Source: Candidatus Woesebacteria bacterium | GTDB lineage: Bacteria; Patescibacteriota; Microgenomatia; UBA8517 | Direction of reading: 5' to 3' | Length of the DNA: 64,000 nt | NCBI GenBank assembly: GCA_003484955.1 | Contig: DMZH01000002.1 | Coordinates: 78,825-142,824, forward strand | Shown here: piece after piece, positions 29,927 to 39,088 of the stretch | How positions within the stretch are numbered: the stretch's first letter is position 1 | How the letters are laid out: each line of letters starts with the position of its first letter | Notes under the pieces: model-generated | What the model was told of the DNA's origin: nothing | Database searches by the model: none | Seen by the model: the letters and a program-made list of their open reading frames with translations, nothing else | Made by a program: the position numbers and the translations under genes

Positions 29927-31081
29927 ATGAAAGTTTTCGGATTTTTGTCTAAAATACAAAAAGTGGAAAACGGCAATTACAAAGATCATCTTTATGCATT
30001 GATTTTAGCGGGCGGTGGTGGAACAAGACTTTGGCCCAGGTCCAGACAGAAAACCCCAAAACAATTTTTAAAACTTTTTGATAACCAAACTTTAACTCAA
30101 GTCGCCGTAAAACGTTTTGCTGAAATTCTTCCTTGGGAGAAAATCTTCATTGTCACAGTTTCACCGGAATATAAGAAAGAAGTTCTCAGGGAAAATCCAA
30201 GGCTTCACCCCGAAAATGTTATTGTCGAACCGGTCAGGCGCGAAACAGGGCCGGCTCATGCACTTGGCGCCCTCTTTATTGAATCAAAAGATCCCGACGC
30301 GGTTATTATGACCGAGGCGGCAGACAGGGTGGTCAAGCCGATTTCAAGATATTTGGAAACTTTAGTCCGGGCAGCAAAAGAAGCTTATGAAAAGCATGTG
30401 CTTATTGCTATGGGGGTTGAACCAAGATATCCCCATACGGGTCTGGGACACATCAAAAAAGGAGATAAGGTTAGGGTAAAGGGAAACGTGGATTTTTACA
30501 AACTGGACGGATTTGTTGAGAAGCCCCCCATTGAACTGGCCAAGGAGTATACGGCATCCGGAAAATATCTTTGGAATGCGGGCCAATACGTGTGGAGAGC
30601 GGATGATCTTTTGAATTCTTTTAAAAAACATCAGCCGGGAATCTATAAGAATCTTCAGGATATCAAGCCGCATATAGGCAAAGCCGATGAAGCAAGAGTC
30701 ATGGCATCCGAGTATAAAAAAATGCCTGCGATATCCGTTGATTATGCGATAAGCGAGCGGGAGAAGAACTTTTTGGCTGTCGCCGGAGATTTTTTTTGGA
30801 CGGATATAGGGGATTGGAGAGAAGTTTGGGCGAATTCCAAAAAAGACAATAAAAGCAATGTAATAATTTCAGGGGATGAGCCCGGCGGAGAGGTATTAAC
30901 AATCGACACGACCGATGCTCTGGTACACTCCGACGGTAGAATGATTGCCGTAGTAGGCCTTGATAACATCGTGGTGGTCGATACAAAAGACGCGCTTTTG
31001 GTTTGCTCCAAGAGTCATGCGCAATCCGTTAAAAAAGTTGTGGAACAGCTTAAAGAAGAAAAGAATGTAAATCTTCTTTGA
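29927..31081 (+). CDS. manC: mannose-1-phosphate guanylyltransferase (GDP-mannose pyrophosphorylase)
   Basis: ALILAGGGGTRLWPRSRQKTPKQFL nucleotidyltransferase signature, typical of ManC/CpsB. Confidence 0.75.
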   Translation: MKVFGFLSKIQKVENGNYKDHLYALILAGGGGTRLWPRSRQKTPKQFLKLFDNQTLTQVAVKRFAEILPWEKIFIVTVSPEYKKEVLRENPRLHPENVIVEPVRRETGPAHALGALFIESKDPDAVIMTEAADRVVKPISRYLETLVRAAKEAYEKHVLIAMGVEPRYPHTGLGHIKKGDKVRVKGNVDFYKLDGFVEKPPIELAKEYTASGKYLWNAGQYVWRADDLLNSFKKHQPGIYKNLQDIKPHIGKADEARVMASEYKKMPAISVDYAISEREKNFLAVAGDFFWTDIGDWREVWANSKKDNKSNVIISGDEPGGEVLTIDTTDALVHSDGRMIAVVGLDNIVVVDTKDALLVCSKSHAQSVKKVVEQLKEEKNVNLL

Positions 31082-31085
31082 AAAT

Positions 31086-31736
31086 ATGTTATACGAAATT
31101 GTTAAAAGAGGTATGGATATTGTCTTATCAATATTTCTTTTGGTTCTTTTTTCTCCATTAATGCTTGTTACCGCTCTTGTAATCAAAATGACTTCCTCCG
31201 GACCGATCCTGGTTGAAAAATCAAATATTCATATGAAAAGAATTGGCAAAGGGGGAAGGATTTTCAGACTTTACAAATTCCGTTCGATGGCAGTTAATGC
31301 CGATTATCTTTTAACAAAAGATCCCAGATTCAAAAAACTTTACAGCGAATATAAAAAATCCAGTTTTAAACTCCATGAAGACCCGCGCGTGACCAGGTTT
31401 GGAAAATTTATCAGAAAATATTCCATTGATGAAATGCCCCAATTTTTAAATGTTTTAAAGGGTGAGATGAGTATAGTTGGGCCGCGTCCGTATCATGCCG
31501 ATGAACTTGCCGAGCAGCAAAAAAGATATCCCGGGACGGAGCCGTATGTAAAAGAGACTCAAACGGTAAAACCCGGCATCACCGGCTTTTGGCAGGTAAC
31601 AGGGAGAAGCAATATCAATTTCGACAAGAGAATAAAAATGGATGCGGACTATGCCAGAAAGAAATCACTCCTAATGGACTTGGCCATTATCCTAAGAACC
31701 CCAATCGCAATGATTAGCGGTGTCGGAGCCGTCTGA
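31086..31736 (+). CDS. initiating phosphoglycosyl transferase (bacterial sugar transferase, PglC/WbaP C-terminal family)
   Basis: A single N-terminal transmembrane helix and conserved KFRSM...PGITGFWQV motifs. Confidence 0.8.
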   Translation: MLYEIVKRGMDIVLSIFLLVLFSPLMLVTALVIKMTSSGPILVEKSNIHMKRIGKGGRIFRLYKFRSMAVNADYLLTKDPRFKKLYSEYKKSSFKLHEDPRVTRFGKFIRKYSIDEMPQFLNVLKGEMSIVGPRPYHADELAEQQKRYPGTEPYVKETQTVKPGITGFWQVTGRSNINFDKRIKMDADYARKKSLLMDLAIILRTPIAMISGVGAV

Positions 31737-31755
31737 TTTGTTGTATTATTAATGC

Positions 31756-33744
31756 ATGGAAAATGGCTCAATATTGGTTCCGAAAATCAATGTTGCCGAA
31801 AACGACATAGTGCAAAAGCTTGCTCCGGAAGAACAGGCTAGAGAAATAATAAATCCTGTAAAGCCCAGGAGGGTGTGGGTAAAAATAACCCTAGGAATCT
31901 TACTGGCAATCGCAATCCTCTTGGTTTACAACATCATATCGGGACTTCTGATTTATCAAAAAACAACCAAGCTGGTAAATGGTGCCAAAACTTTGTCTGA
32001 AACAGCCAAATCGCAGGATCTTGCGAAGATAAAGACGGAAGTGGGTAATACGAAAAAATTATTAAATAGTGTTTCAGGTACATATAAACTGGTAGCCTGG
32101 GAAAAATTTTTGCCGTTTGTCGGTGCCTACATTGCCGATGGAAGCCACGCAATTGCTGCAGGACAGGCAGGGCTTGATGTCGGGGAATCGCTTCTGACGG
32201 TAATTGAACCATATGCAGATCTCCTTGGCTTTGCCGGTGGCCAGAATGTTTTGGGGGCAAAAACGGGAGAGGAAACAGCTGAGGATAGAATTGACTTTAT
32301 TGCCAAGACAATTCCGGACCTCATTCCCCAAATTGATACAATTTCAGGAAAAATGAAAACGGTTCAGAGCGAAATATCACAAATAAACCCGGACAGGTAT
32401 CCCGAGAAAGTCCAGGGAAAAGCCGTCAGGGCGCAAATTAAAAGTATTGTAGACACGGTAAACGAAACATCGACATTTTTGGTTAACGGAAAACCTTTTC
32501 TGGAATCTGCCCAGTATCTTTTGGGAATGGACTCTCCAAGAACCTATCTTCTCTTGTTTCAAAATGACAAGGAATTGAGGCCCACCGGAGGGTTTATGAC
32601 TGCTTATGCTATCTTGAAAGTCGATAAGGCAAAGGTGAGCACTGTCACAAGCAATGATATTTACGCTCTTGATGCGGTTTACAAATCTTCCGTAGACGCA
32701 CCTAATCCGATCATTAAATATATAAAAGGGCCTTACATTTTGTCGAAGAAATGGAGATTGAGGGATATGAATTGGTCGCCGGATTTTGTTGAAAGCATGA
32801 AAGTTGTGGTTCCTGCGGCGGAGGATGCCGGGGTGGAAGACATTGATGGCGTAATTGCGGTTGACACACAAATTCTGGTAAACATATTGGACGTCATAGG
32901 GCCGATCGGGGTACCCGGTTTTGGAAATTTCAGTACGGAGGTGTCCCCCGAGTGCAACTGTGCCCAGGTGATTCACGAACTCGAAGCCTTTGCTGATGTT
33001 GAGGGGCCTGTCATTTGGGATCCTATAACAGGAAAAATTATTCAGAGACCTCCGAATTCTGACAACAGAAAGAAAATAATAGGGCCTTTAATGAATTCGA
33101 TTTTGGCAAACTCCATGGGTCAGCCAAAAGACAAGATCCCGGGTCTCCTGCAGGCAGGTTTTAAATCTTTAATGGAAAAGCATGTCCTTTTCTATCTGTT
33201 GGATGACAATGTCCAAAAGGCCGTTGCAGATTTTGGGTTGAGCGGAACGATAAAAAATTATGACGGAGACTATTTGCATATAAATGATGCAAACCTTGGA
33301 GGTAGAAAATCCAACCTTTATGCCTATGAAAATGTCGAACAGGATATTCAAGTTGCAGGGGACGGATCCGTAACAAAAACGGTCACAATAACATACCAAA
33401 ATCCCGAAAAACAGGACGGTTGGCTGAACTCGGTTCTGCCAACCTGGGTAAGAGTTTATGTTCCCAAAGGGAGCGAGCTCATTGCCGCTGAGGGGTTGGA
33501 GATGGCGGCAGAACCCTATGAAGATTTGGGGAAAACAGTATTCGCGGGATTTTTCCAGCTTCGTCCTGAAGGGGTTGCCAAAGTCACATTTAAATATAAG
33601 CTGCCTTTCAAAGTCGCCAAAGAATATAAACTCCTTTTACAGAAACAGCCGGGTACCGACGGGTTTTTGTATACGGTGAACCTTGGCAAGCATTCCGAAG
33701 AATTTAAACTGACGACAGACAAGGAGATAAAAATTGAATTGTAG
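31756..33744 (+). CDS. large membrane-anchored exported protein (DUF4012-like)
   Basis: 662 aa with an N-terminal transmembrane helix after about 45 residues; the rest is predicted extracytoplasmic. Proteins of this size, architecture and location are recalled from Actinobacteria/CPR glycan loci; assignment by recollection. Confidence 0.4.
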   Translation: MENGSILVPKINVAENDIVQKLAPEEQAREIINPVKPRRVWVKITLGILLAIAILLVYNIISGLLIYQKTTKLVNGAKTLSETAKSQDLAKIKTEVGNTKKLLNSVSGTYKLVAWEKFLPFVGAYIADGSHAIAAGQAGLDVGESLLTVIEPYADLLGFAGGQNVLGAKTGEETAEDRIDFIAKTIPDLIPQIDTISGKMKTVQSEISQINPDRYPEKVQGKAVRAQIKSIVDTVNETSTFLVNGKPFLESAQYLLGMDSPRTYLLLFQNDKELRPTGGFMTAYAILKVDKAKVSTVTSNDIYALDAVYKSSVDAPNPIIKYIKGPYILSKKWRLRDMNWSPDFVESMKVVVPAAEDAGVEDIDGVIAVDTQILVNILDVIGPIGVPGFGNFSTEVSPECNCAQVIHELEAFADVEGPVIWDPITGKIIQRPPNSDNRKKIIGPLMNSILANSMGQPKDKIPGLLQAGFKSLMEKHVLFYLLDDNVQKAVADFGLSGTIKNYDGDYLHINDANLGGRKSNLYAYENVEQDIQVAGDGSVTKTVTITYQNPEKQDGWLNSVLPTWVRVYVPKGSELIAAEGLEMAAEPYEDLGKTVFAGFFQLRPEGVAKVTFKYKLPFKVAKEYKLLLQKQPGTDGFLYTVNLGKHSEEFKLTTDKEIKIEL

Positions 33745-33768
33745 AATGTCTTCACGATATACCGCACA

Positions 33769-34314
33769 ATGACACCCAGAGGCTACACGTCGGAAGGAAT
33801 AATACTGGGGAGAAGAAATTATGGGGAAGCCGACAGAATTCTTCTTGTTTACTCTGAAGACAAAGGTAAATTATCACTTCTTGCCAAAGGAATAAGGCGT
33901 CCGAAAAGCCGTAAAAGGGGACACCTGGAAATTTTCACCAGGATTCGGTTTCAAGCAGTCTCGGGCAGAGGCCTTGGAATCATAACCGAGGTCGAGACAG
34001 TTGATGATTATGAAAGCATCAGGCAATCAATAAAGAAAGTTTCCCTGGCATATTATTTTGTTGAAGTTTTGGGAAAAGCCATTCATGAGGGTGAGGCAAA
34101 TCCCGAAGTGTACTCTCTCCTTGTGGGCTCCATGGAGAAGCTAAAAACCGCAAAAAAACTTAAGGAGCTGAGGATGGAGTTTGTCGTAAATCTTTTAAAA
34201 TTGCTTGGTTATTGGCCGAAAGATATGAAACTACCCCTTCCCGATGAAAAATTGGAAGAGGTGTTGGAAAGACAAATCTATTCGATAAGAGTTGGAAAGA
34301 TAATGTTAGAATAA
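33769..34314 (+). CDS. recO: DNA repair protein RecO (compact form)
   Basis: N-terminal EGIILGRRNYGEADRILLVYSEDKGKLSLLAKGIRRPKS matches the RecO OB-fold signature. Confidence 0.75.
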   Translation: MTPRGYTSEGIILGRRNYGEADRILLVYSEDKGKLSLLAKGIRRPKSRKRGHLEIFTRIRFQAVSGRGLGIITEVETVDDYESIRQSIKKVSLAYYFVEVLGKAIHEGEANPEVYSLLVGSMEKLKTAKKLKELRMEFVVNLLKLLGYWPKDMKLPLPDEKLEEVLERQIYSIRVGKIMLE

Positions 34315-34317
34315 ATT

Positions 34318-35034
34318 ATGCAGGAAGATATTTTGACGGTTTCCGGATTAAGCGTTGAATTTGACAACCATACCGTACTTGATGACATAAGTTTTGCGGT
34401 CAGACGCGATTCAACCATGGCAATAATCGGACCAAACGGCGCGGGAAAATCGGTTCTTTTCAGATCGCTCCTGAATTTGATTCCTTACAAAGGCACGGTT
34501 TCTTGGAGTGAAGATACTCGAATCGGATATGTTCCCCAAAAACTGGCTATTGATAAAGAGTTGCCGTTAACCGTATATGAATTCTTGAGTTTTAAAGAAA
34601 AAAGTAGAGATAAAATCCTTGAGGTAATGGGGGCGGTTGGCTTTTTGAAAGAAGCGAACCATATTCACAATGACACAAGAGTTCTAAAAACCCGTATAGG
34701 AAACCTGTCAGGAGGGGAATTACAAAGAGTTCTCATCGCCTATGCACTTCTCGGGAAACCCAACGTTTTGCTTTTTGACGAACCAACCGCCGGGGTTGAT
34801 ATTGCCGGCGAAGAAACTGTATATGGGCTTATTCATAAACTAAAAGCAGACAAAGACCTGACAATTATTTTTATTTCCCACGAATTGGAAGTTGTAAATA
34901 AATATGCCGACTCGGTCCTTTGTCTTAATAAGGAAAAAGTTTGTTTTGGTCCGCCAAAGACAGCAATTGATAAAGAAAGTCTGGAAAAAATGTACGGAGA
35001 GGAAACTCATATATATCACCACCATGACCACTAA
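34318..35034 (+). CDS. znuC: metal (Zn/Mn) ABC transporter ATP-binding protein with His-rich C-terminal tail
   Basis: Walker A GPNGAGKS, signature LSGGELQRV, Walker B LLFDEPTAGVD, and a C-terminal HIYHHHDH tail. Confidence 0.8.
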   Translation: MQEDILTVSGLSVEFDNHTVLDDISFAVRRDSTMAIIGPNGAGKSVLFRSLLNLIPYKGTVSWSEDTRIGYVPQKLAIDKELPLTVYEFLSFKEKSRDKILEVMGAVGFLKEANHIHNDTRVLKTRIGNLSGGELQRVLIAYALLGKPNVLLFDEPTAGVDIAGEETVYGLIHKLKADKDLTIIFISHELEVVNKYADSVLCLNKEKVCFGPPKTAIDKESLEKMYGEETHIYHHHDH

Positions 35035-35791
35035 CTTACTACTACTCCTGGCAGTCGGTGCTCTTTCAGGAGCAGTTTCGGGATATCTTGGAAGCTTTAT
35101 GGTTTTAAGAAGAATGTCTCTTGTTGGAGATGCTCTTTCCCATGTGGCACTGCCCGGAATTGCGGTTGCCCTGGCAATAGGGGTCAATCCCATGCTGGGA
35201 GCTCTTCTTGCGCTTACCCTGGCAGCTGTCGGCATTTGGTATCTTAGTGATCACTCCGAAATTTATCCGGAAGCTTTGGTGGGAATATTTTTTACGGCCT
35301 CCTTGGCAGCCGGAATTTTGATTACTCCCGAGGTGGAACTTTTGGAAGCTCTTTTCGGAGATATAGATAAAATTGGCCCGATAGACGCCATATTTACTTT
35401 CATCGGTGCCGTGACAATTTTTGCGGTCACGATGGCAGTTTCCAAAAAGCTTCTTTTAATGGTTGTCTCAAAGGATTTGGCCAAGTCCCAAAAGATAAAA
35501 ACATCAAAAATAGACTTAATTTACTTGCTTTTGGTTTGTGGTGTTGTTGCCTTAGGGGTTAAGTTTTTAGGAACCCTTTTGACGGGAGCCATGGTGATAA
35601 TCCCTGCGGTTACCGCCAAAAACATTGCCGGAAACATAAAGGCATATCAAATCCTTTCCGTAGTTTTGGGAACTCTGGCAACAGCTGCCGGAATTCTGAT
35701 TGCCTCATATTTTAAATTCCCCTCCGGTCCTACGATAGTTCTTACCGCAATCTCCTTTTTTATCTTCAGCTTTGTGTTTAAAAAGAGGTGA
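35024..35791 (+). CDS. znuB: metal ABC transporter permease (ZnuB-like)
   Basis: MTTNLLLLLAVGALSG...GDALSHVALPGIA, typical of ZnuB/MntB. ATG at 35024 overlaps the znuC stop. The upstream extension in the ORF track is rejected. Confidence 0.8.
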   Translation: MTTNLLLLLAVGALSGAVSGYLGSFMVLRRMSLVGDALSHVALPGIAVALAIGVNPMLGALLALTLAAVGIWYLSDHSEIYPEALVGIFFTASLAAGILITPEVELLEALFGDIDKIGPIDAIFTFIGAVTIFAVTMAVSKKLLLMVVSKDLAKSQKIKTSKIDLIYLLLVCGVVALGVKFLGTLLTGAMVIIPAVTAKNIAGNIKAYQILSVVLGTLATAAGILIASYFKFPSGPTIVLTAISFFIFSFVFKKR

Positions 35792-35827
35792 TAAAACTTT
35801 GGCTTTAAGGTAGAATATTTGTTGCCC

Positions 35828-36439
35828 ATGAATTATTTTGAGGTAATTTTTGATACCGAAACAAAGAAATTTTTTGAGGATATTGAAGGGTATGATCCAG
35901 GTAAACTCGGCGTGTCAATAACTTCGGTTTATTCAAGAACTCTTGACGAGAATTTGAAAGAAGTTGAGGGAAAAATGCAAAGCTTTTGGGAAAAGGATTT
36001 CGGAGAAATGTTCAAGTTGTTTGAAAAGGCAGACAGAATAATAGGATTCAATTCGATAAGCTTCGATATTCCGGCACTTTCGCCATACCTTCCGCCCCAT
36101 TGGCCGAAACTAAAACATTTTGACATTCTCTCCGAGATAAAAATGGTTGAGGGTAAAAGAATGTCGCTGGACTCATTGGCCAAAGCGACTTTGGGGACAA
36201 AGAAAAACGATAGCGGTGAAAATGCCATCAAATATTGGAACCAGGGGACTTCCGAAAGCTTAACCAAGCTTAAAAAATACTGTGAAATGGATGTTGCTAT
36301 AACCCGCGACATTTATGACCACACACTGAAGAATAAAGTTTTAAAATATATTGACTTTTGGAATGAAACACACGAAATAACACTGGACTTTTCTTACCCA
36401 CGACAAGACACATCGGAAACCCAAGGGAGTTTATTTTAA
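35828..36439 (+). CDS. DEDD-family 3'-5' exonuclease (RNase H-like fold)
   Basis: Exo I FDTET, Exo II GFNSISFDIPAL, Exo III YCEMDVAITRDIY. Confidence 0.6.
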   Translation: MNYFEVIFDTETKKFFEDIEGYDPGKLGVSITSVYSRTLDENLKEVEGKMQSFWEKDFGEMFKLFEKADRIIGFNSISFDIPALSPYLPPHWPKLKHFDILSEIKMVEGKRMSLDSLAKATLGTKKNDSGENAIKYWNQGTSESLTKLKKYCEMDVAITRDIYDHTLKNKVLKYIDFWNETHEITLDFSYPRQDTSETQGSLF

Positions 36440-36449
36440 TTTTTAACCA

Positions 36450-36833
36450 TCACTTCTCGGCTTTTTCAGCGCGCATGGCATCCTCTTTAGTGTCATGAAC
36501 AGTTCCGTCCGGATGGTGTGCGGGGGAATAAATCGTATACAGCTTCAATTCCTTTTCCTGAGAAGTGTTGACCACATTGTGATAGTTACCTGCCGGTATT
36601 ATTACGCAATCTCCCGCCTCGCCTGTAAATTTTTCGCCGGAAATTTCTGCCATCCATTCACCTTCCTCAAATCTCAAAAATTGATCGTTATCTGAGTGAA
36701 CTTCCATCCCGATTTCCTCTCCGGGCTTAAGGCTCATTAGTACCAACTGTGAATGCGGCGCAGTGTAGATTACATGCCTAAAGTGAGTGTTTTCTAAAGC
36801 GTCTTTTTCGAGACTTCCTTTGTATCCTGCCAT
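36450..36833 (-). CDS. cupin domain protein
   Basis: Two-His cupin motifs (GMEVHSDNDQ...GDCVIIPAGNYHNV). Start is set at MAGYKGS, which is preceded by a strong AGGAAAGAGGGTGA RBS. Confidence 0.65.
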   Translation of the reverse strand: MAGYKGSLEKDALENTHFRHVIYTAPHSQLVLMSLKPGEEIGMEVHSDNDQFLRFEEGEWMAEISGEKFTGEAGDCVIIPAGNYHNVVNTSQEKELKLYTIYSPAHHPDGTVHDTKEDAMRAEKAEK

Positions 36834-36911
36834 TTTTATCACCCTCTTTCCTGAGAAAGAATCCTGTGCACCAGTCGAAGGACCCTTCAATACATTGTAT
36901 ACTAAACCGGC

Positions 36912-37739
36912 ATGAAGTTTGTATCGAAAATACTATTGATTATACTGTCGGTTCCCATCCTTGTCCTGTGTGTTTTGTCGATAAATGTCAGGCTCCAATT
37001 TTTATCATCCGACTTTTGGATAGGAACTTTTGAAAAGGCTGACGTCTATACTCAGATTTCAACATCCTTGAGCAGTCGGCTTTTTGATAAAGTGGTAGCC
37101 GGAGGAGGAAAAGGCAGCGATGTTGCAGTTCTTTCCAGTTTAATTTCCCCAAACATATTAAAGATATTTTTTGAAGAAAATATCAAAAGCATATTGCTGT
37201 ACGCCAACGGGAAATCTTCCGAAATTGTTGTGTTTACGCCATTTTCCACCGACAGTATCCTTCGGGGTGTGAAGGCGGAAGACCTGGGTAACTTTTCGGA
37301 GAAGATGACTTTAGACGACTTTTTAAAAAAATTTAACATAACGGGAATTAATGAAAAAGATATTCAAATAGTTTCAAAATTTGGAATTTGGTCTTGGCTC
37401 TTTGTAATCGGGTCATTATCACTTCTGGCTTTAGTTTTGGTACTGACATATCTTCTTACCGGAACCGGGAAACGCCTGACTACGATGGGGATAGAGTTAA
37501 CTTTATCGGGGATTTGTGTGCTTGTCGTGAATTTCCTGGCGGATTTTATAGTAAAAAGTTTTACGGAAAATTTTGCGGGAAGCGCCAATGTGGGCACTTC
37601 GCTTATTGCCATTACCGCCCCTCCGATAATTCAAAACATCACTCAAATCTGGATTTGGTTTGGTATTTCCTCACTGATCTTGGGGGTTTTGCTATTTTTT
37701 ATCAAAAAACCGGGCAATAGTATTCGCCGTAAGGGATGA
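36912..37739 (+). CDS. hypothetical membrane protein
   Basis: N-terminal signal/TM segment and 3-4 C-terminal transmembrane helices. Confidence 0.35.
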   Translation: MKFVSKILLIILSVPILVLCVLSINVRLQFLSSDFWIGTFEKADVYTQISTSLSSRLFDKVVAGGGKGSDVAVLSSLISPNILKIFFEENIKSILLYANGKSSEIVVFTPFSTDSILRGVKAEDLGNFSEKMTLDDFLKKFNITGINEKDIQIVSKFGIWSWLFVIGSLSLLALVLVLTYLLTGTGKRLTTMGIELTLSGICVLVVNFLADFIVKSFTENFAGSANVGTSLIAITAPPIIQNITQIWIWFGISSLILGVLLFFIKKPGNSIRRKG

Positions 37740-37770
37740 TGGTATAATTATTTGAAGTGAAATATTTTAT

Positions 37771-38232
37771 ATGAAATACTTTAGTACAGCTTTTGTTACT
37801 GCTGTTATAGTCTTTCTCGGGGCGACAATTTATTATAAGGGTTTGCCCAACTTTGTTAGTCCGAGCGGAGTTTCAGTCACCTCTACCGAAGTGGCTATAA
37901 CGGATGCTCCATCTCCTTCACCGGCACCAGTTGACGAAACCACATCTTTGACTCTTGCAGTTAAGGAAGCTCTTGTTGCAAAGTACGGGTCGGCTGCGGC
38001 GTCCTTAAGTGTGAGTGTTTCCAAAATTGAAGGGAATTATGCCGGAGGAACAGTTTCGGAGCAGGGCGGAGGCGGCGGATGGTTTGCCGCCAAAACAGGA
38101 ACAGAATGGAAGCTTGTTTGGGATGGAAACGGGCAAATCGACTGTAAAAATATTTCCGGCTATCCTGATTTTCCAAAAAGTATGATTCCGGAATGTTGGA
38201 ACTCGGTTTCGGGTAAACTCATTACACGCTAA
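37771..38232 (+). CDS. hypothetical secreted/anchored protein
   Basis: N-terminal transmembrane helix, Pro/Ser-rich linker and a Gly-rich segment. Confidence 0.35.
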   Translation: MKYFSTAFVTAVIVFLGATIYYKGLPNFVSPSGVSVTSTEVAITDAPSPSPAPVDETTSLTLAVKEALVAKYGSAAASLSVSVSKIEGNYAGGTVSEQGGGGGWFAAKTGTEWKLVWDGNGQIDCKNISGYPDFPKSMIPECWNSVSGKLITR

Positions 38233-38251
38233 AATTGCTGTATAATTAGCC

Positions 38252-39088
38252 ATGGCCATTGATGAATATTCGGCGACATGGGTTTCCCACTCTTCAATAT
38301 CGGATTTCCTCAAGTGTCCGAGAGCGTATTACCTGAGAAACGTTTATAAAAATCCAAGAACAGGGCATAAGATGACCATAGTCACACCACCTTTAGCACT
38401 CGGACAAGCGGTGCATGAAGTTATAGAATCTTTGGCAATTCTTCCGGTAGAGGAGCGCTTGAAAATATCGCTTGTCAAAAAGCTTGACCCTGTTTGGTTG
38501 AAGATTACCGGTAAAAGGGGTGGGTTTAAAGATAATAAAGAGGAGATGGAATACAAGCAGCGAGGAGTACAAATGCTAATTAATCTTCAGGAAAACCCCG
38601 GTCCCATTTTGGAAAAAGCAATAAAAATAAAATCAAAAATGAACCTGCCTCACTTTTGGCTCAACCAGGATGACGGGATTATCCTTGGCGGTAAAATCGA
38701 TTGGTTAAAATATAACCAGACGGATGATTCGGTGCAAATCATTGATTTTAAAACCGGTAAGAATGAAGAAAAAGAAGACAGCCTGCAGCTGCCGATATAT
38801 CTTTTGGTAGCCACCAACACTCAAAGCAAAAAAGTAGATGGAGCAGCCTATTGGTATTTGGACAGAGACGACGGCATTTTTGAAAAAAAGCTCCCCGACG
38901 CACGCGAGGCCTACGAAAGGGTTTATAAAATTGCAAAAAGAATTCAGCTGGCCCGCAAAATCAACCATTTCAAATGCCCTACGGGCGGATGTTTTGCCTG
39001 CAGACCTTTTGAGAAAATACTTAAAGGTGAAGGAGAGTTTGTGGGAGTAAGTGATACCCGGCAGGATGTTTACATGCTCAATGACTAA
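38252..39088 (+). CDS. PD-(D/E)xK nuclease with Cas4/AddB-type 4-Cys cluster (RecB-family nuclease)
   Basis: N-terminal Cys (KCPRAYY), the core IIDFKTGK within a D...E-K motif, and C-terminal C-x4-C-x2-C (CPTGGCFAC). Confidence 0.6.
   Translation: MAIDEYSATWVSHSSISDFLKCPRAYYLRNVYKNPRTGHKMTIVTPPLALGQAVHEVIESLAILPVEERLKISLVKKLDPVWLKITGKRGGFKDNKEEMEYKQRGVQMLINLQENPGPILEKAIKIKSKMNLPHFWLNQDDGIILGGKIDWLKYNQTDDSVQIIDFKTGKNEEKEDSLQLPIYLLVATNTQSKKVDGAAYWYLDRDDGIFEKKLPDAREAYERVYKIAKRIQLARKINHFKCPTGGCFACRPFEKILKGEGEFVGVSDTRQDVYMLND

Noticed and set aside
34904-35023. 40-aa N-terminal extension of the ZnuB permease ORF overlapping znuC
   Set aside because: It lies entirely inside the znuC coding region in another frame. 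A conserved permease N-terminus begins at the ATG at 35024, which overlaps the znuC stop.
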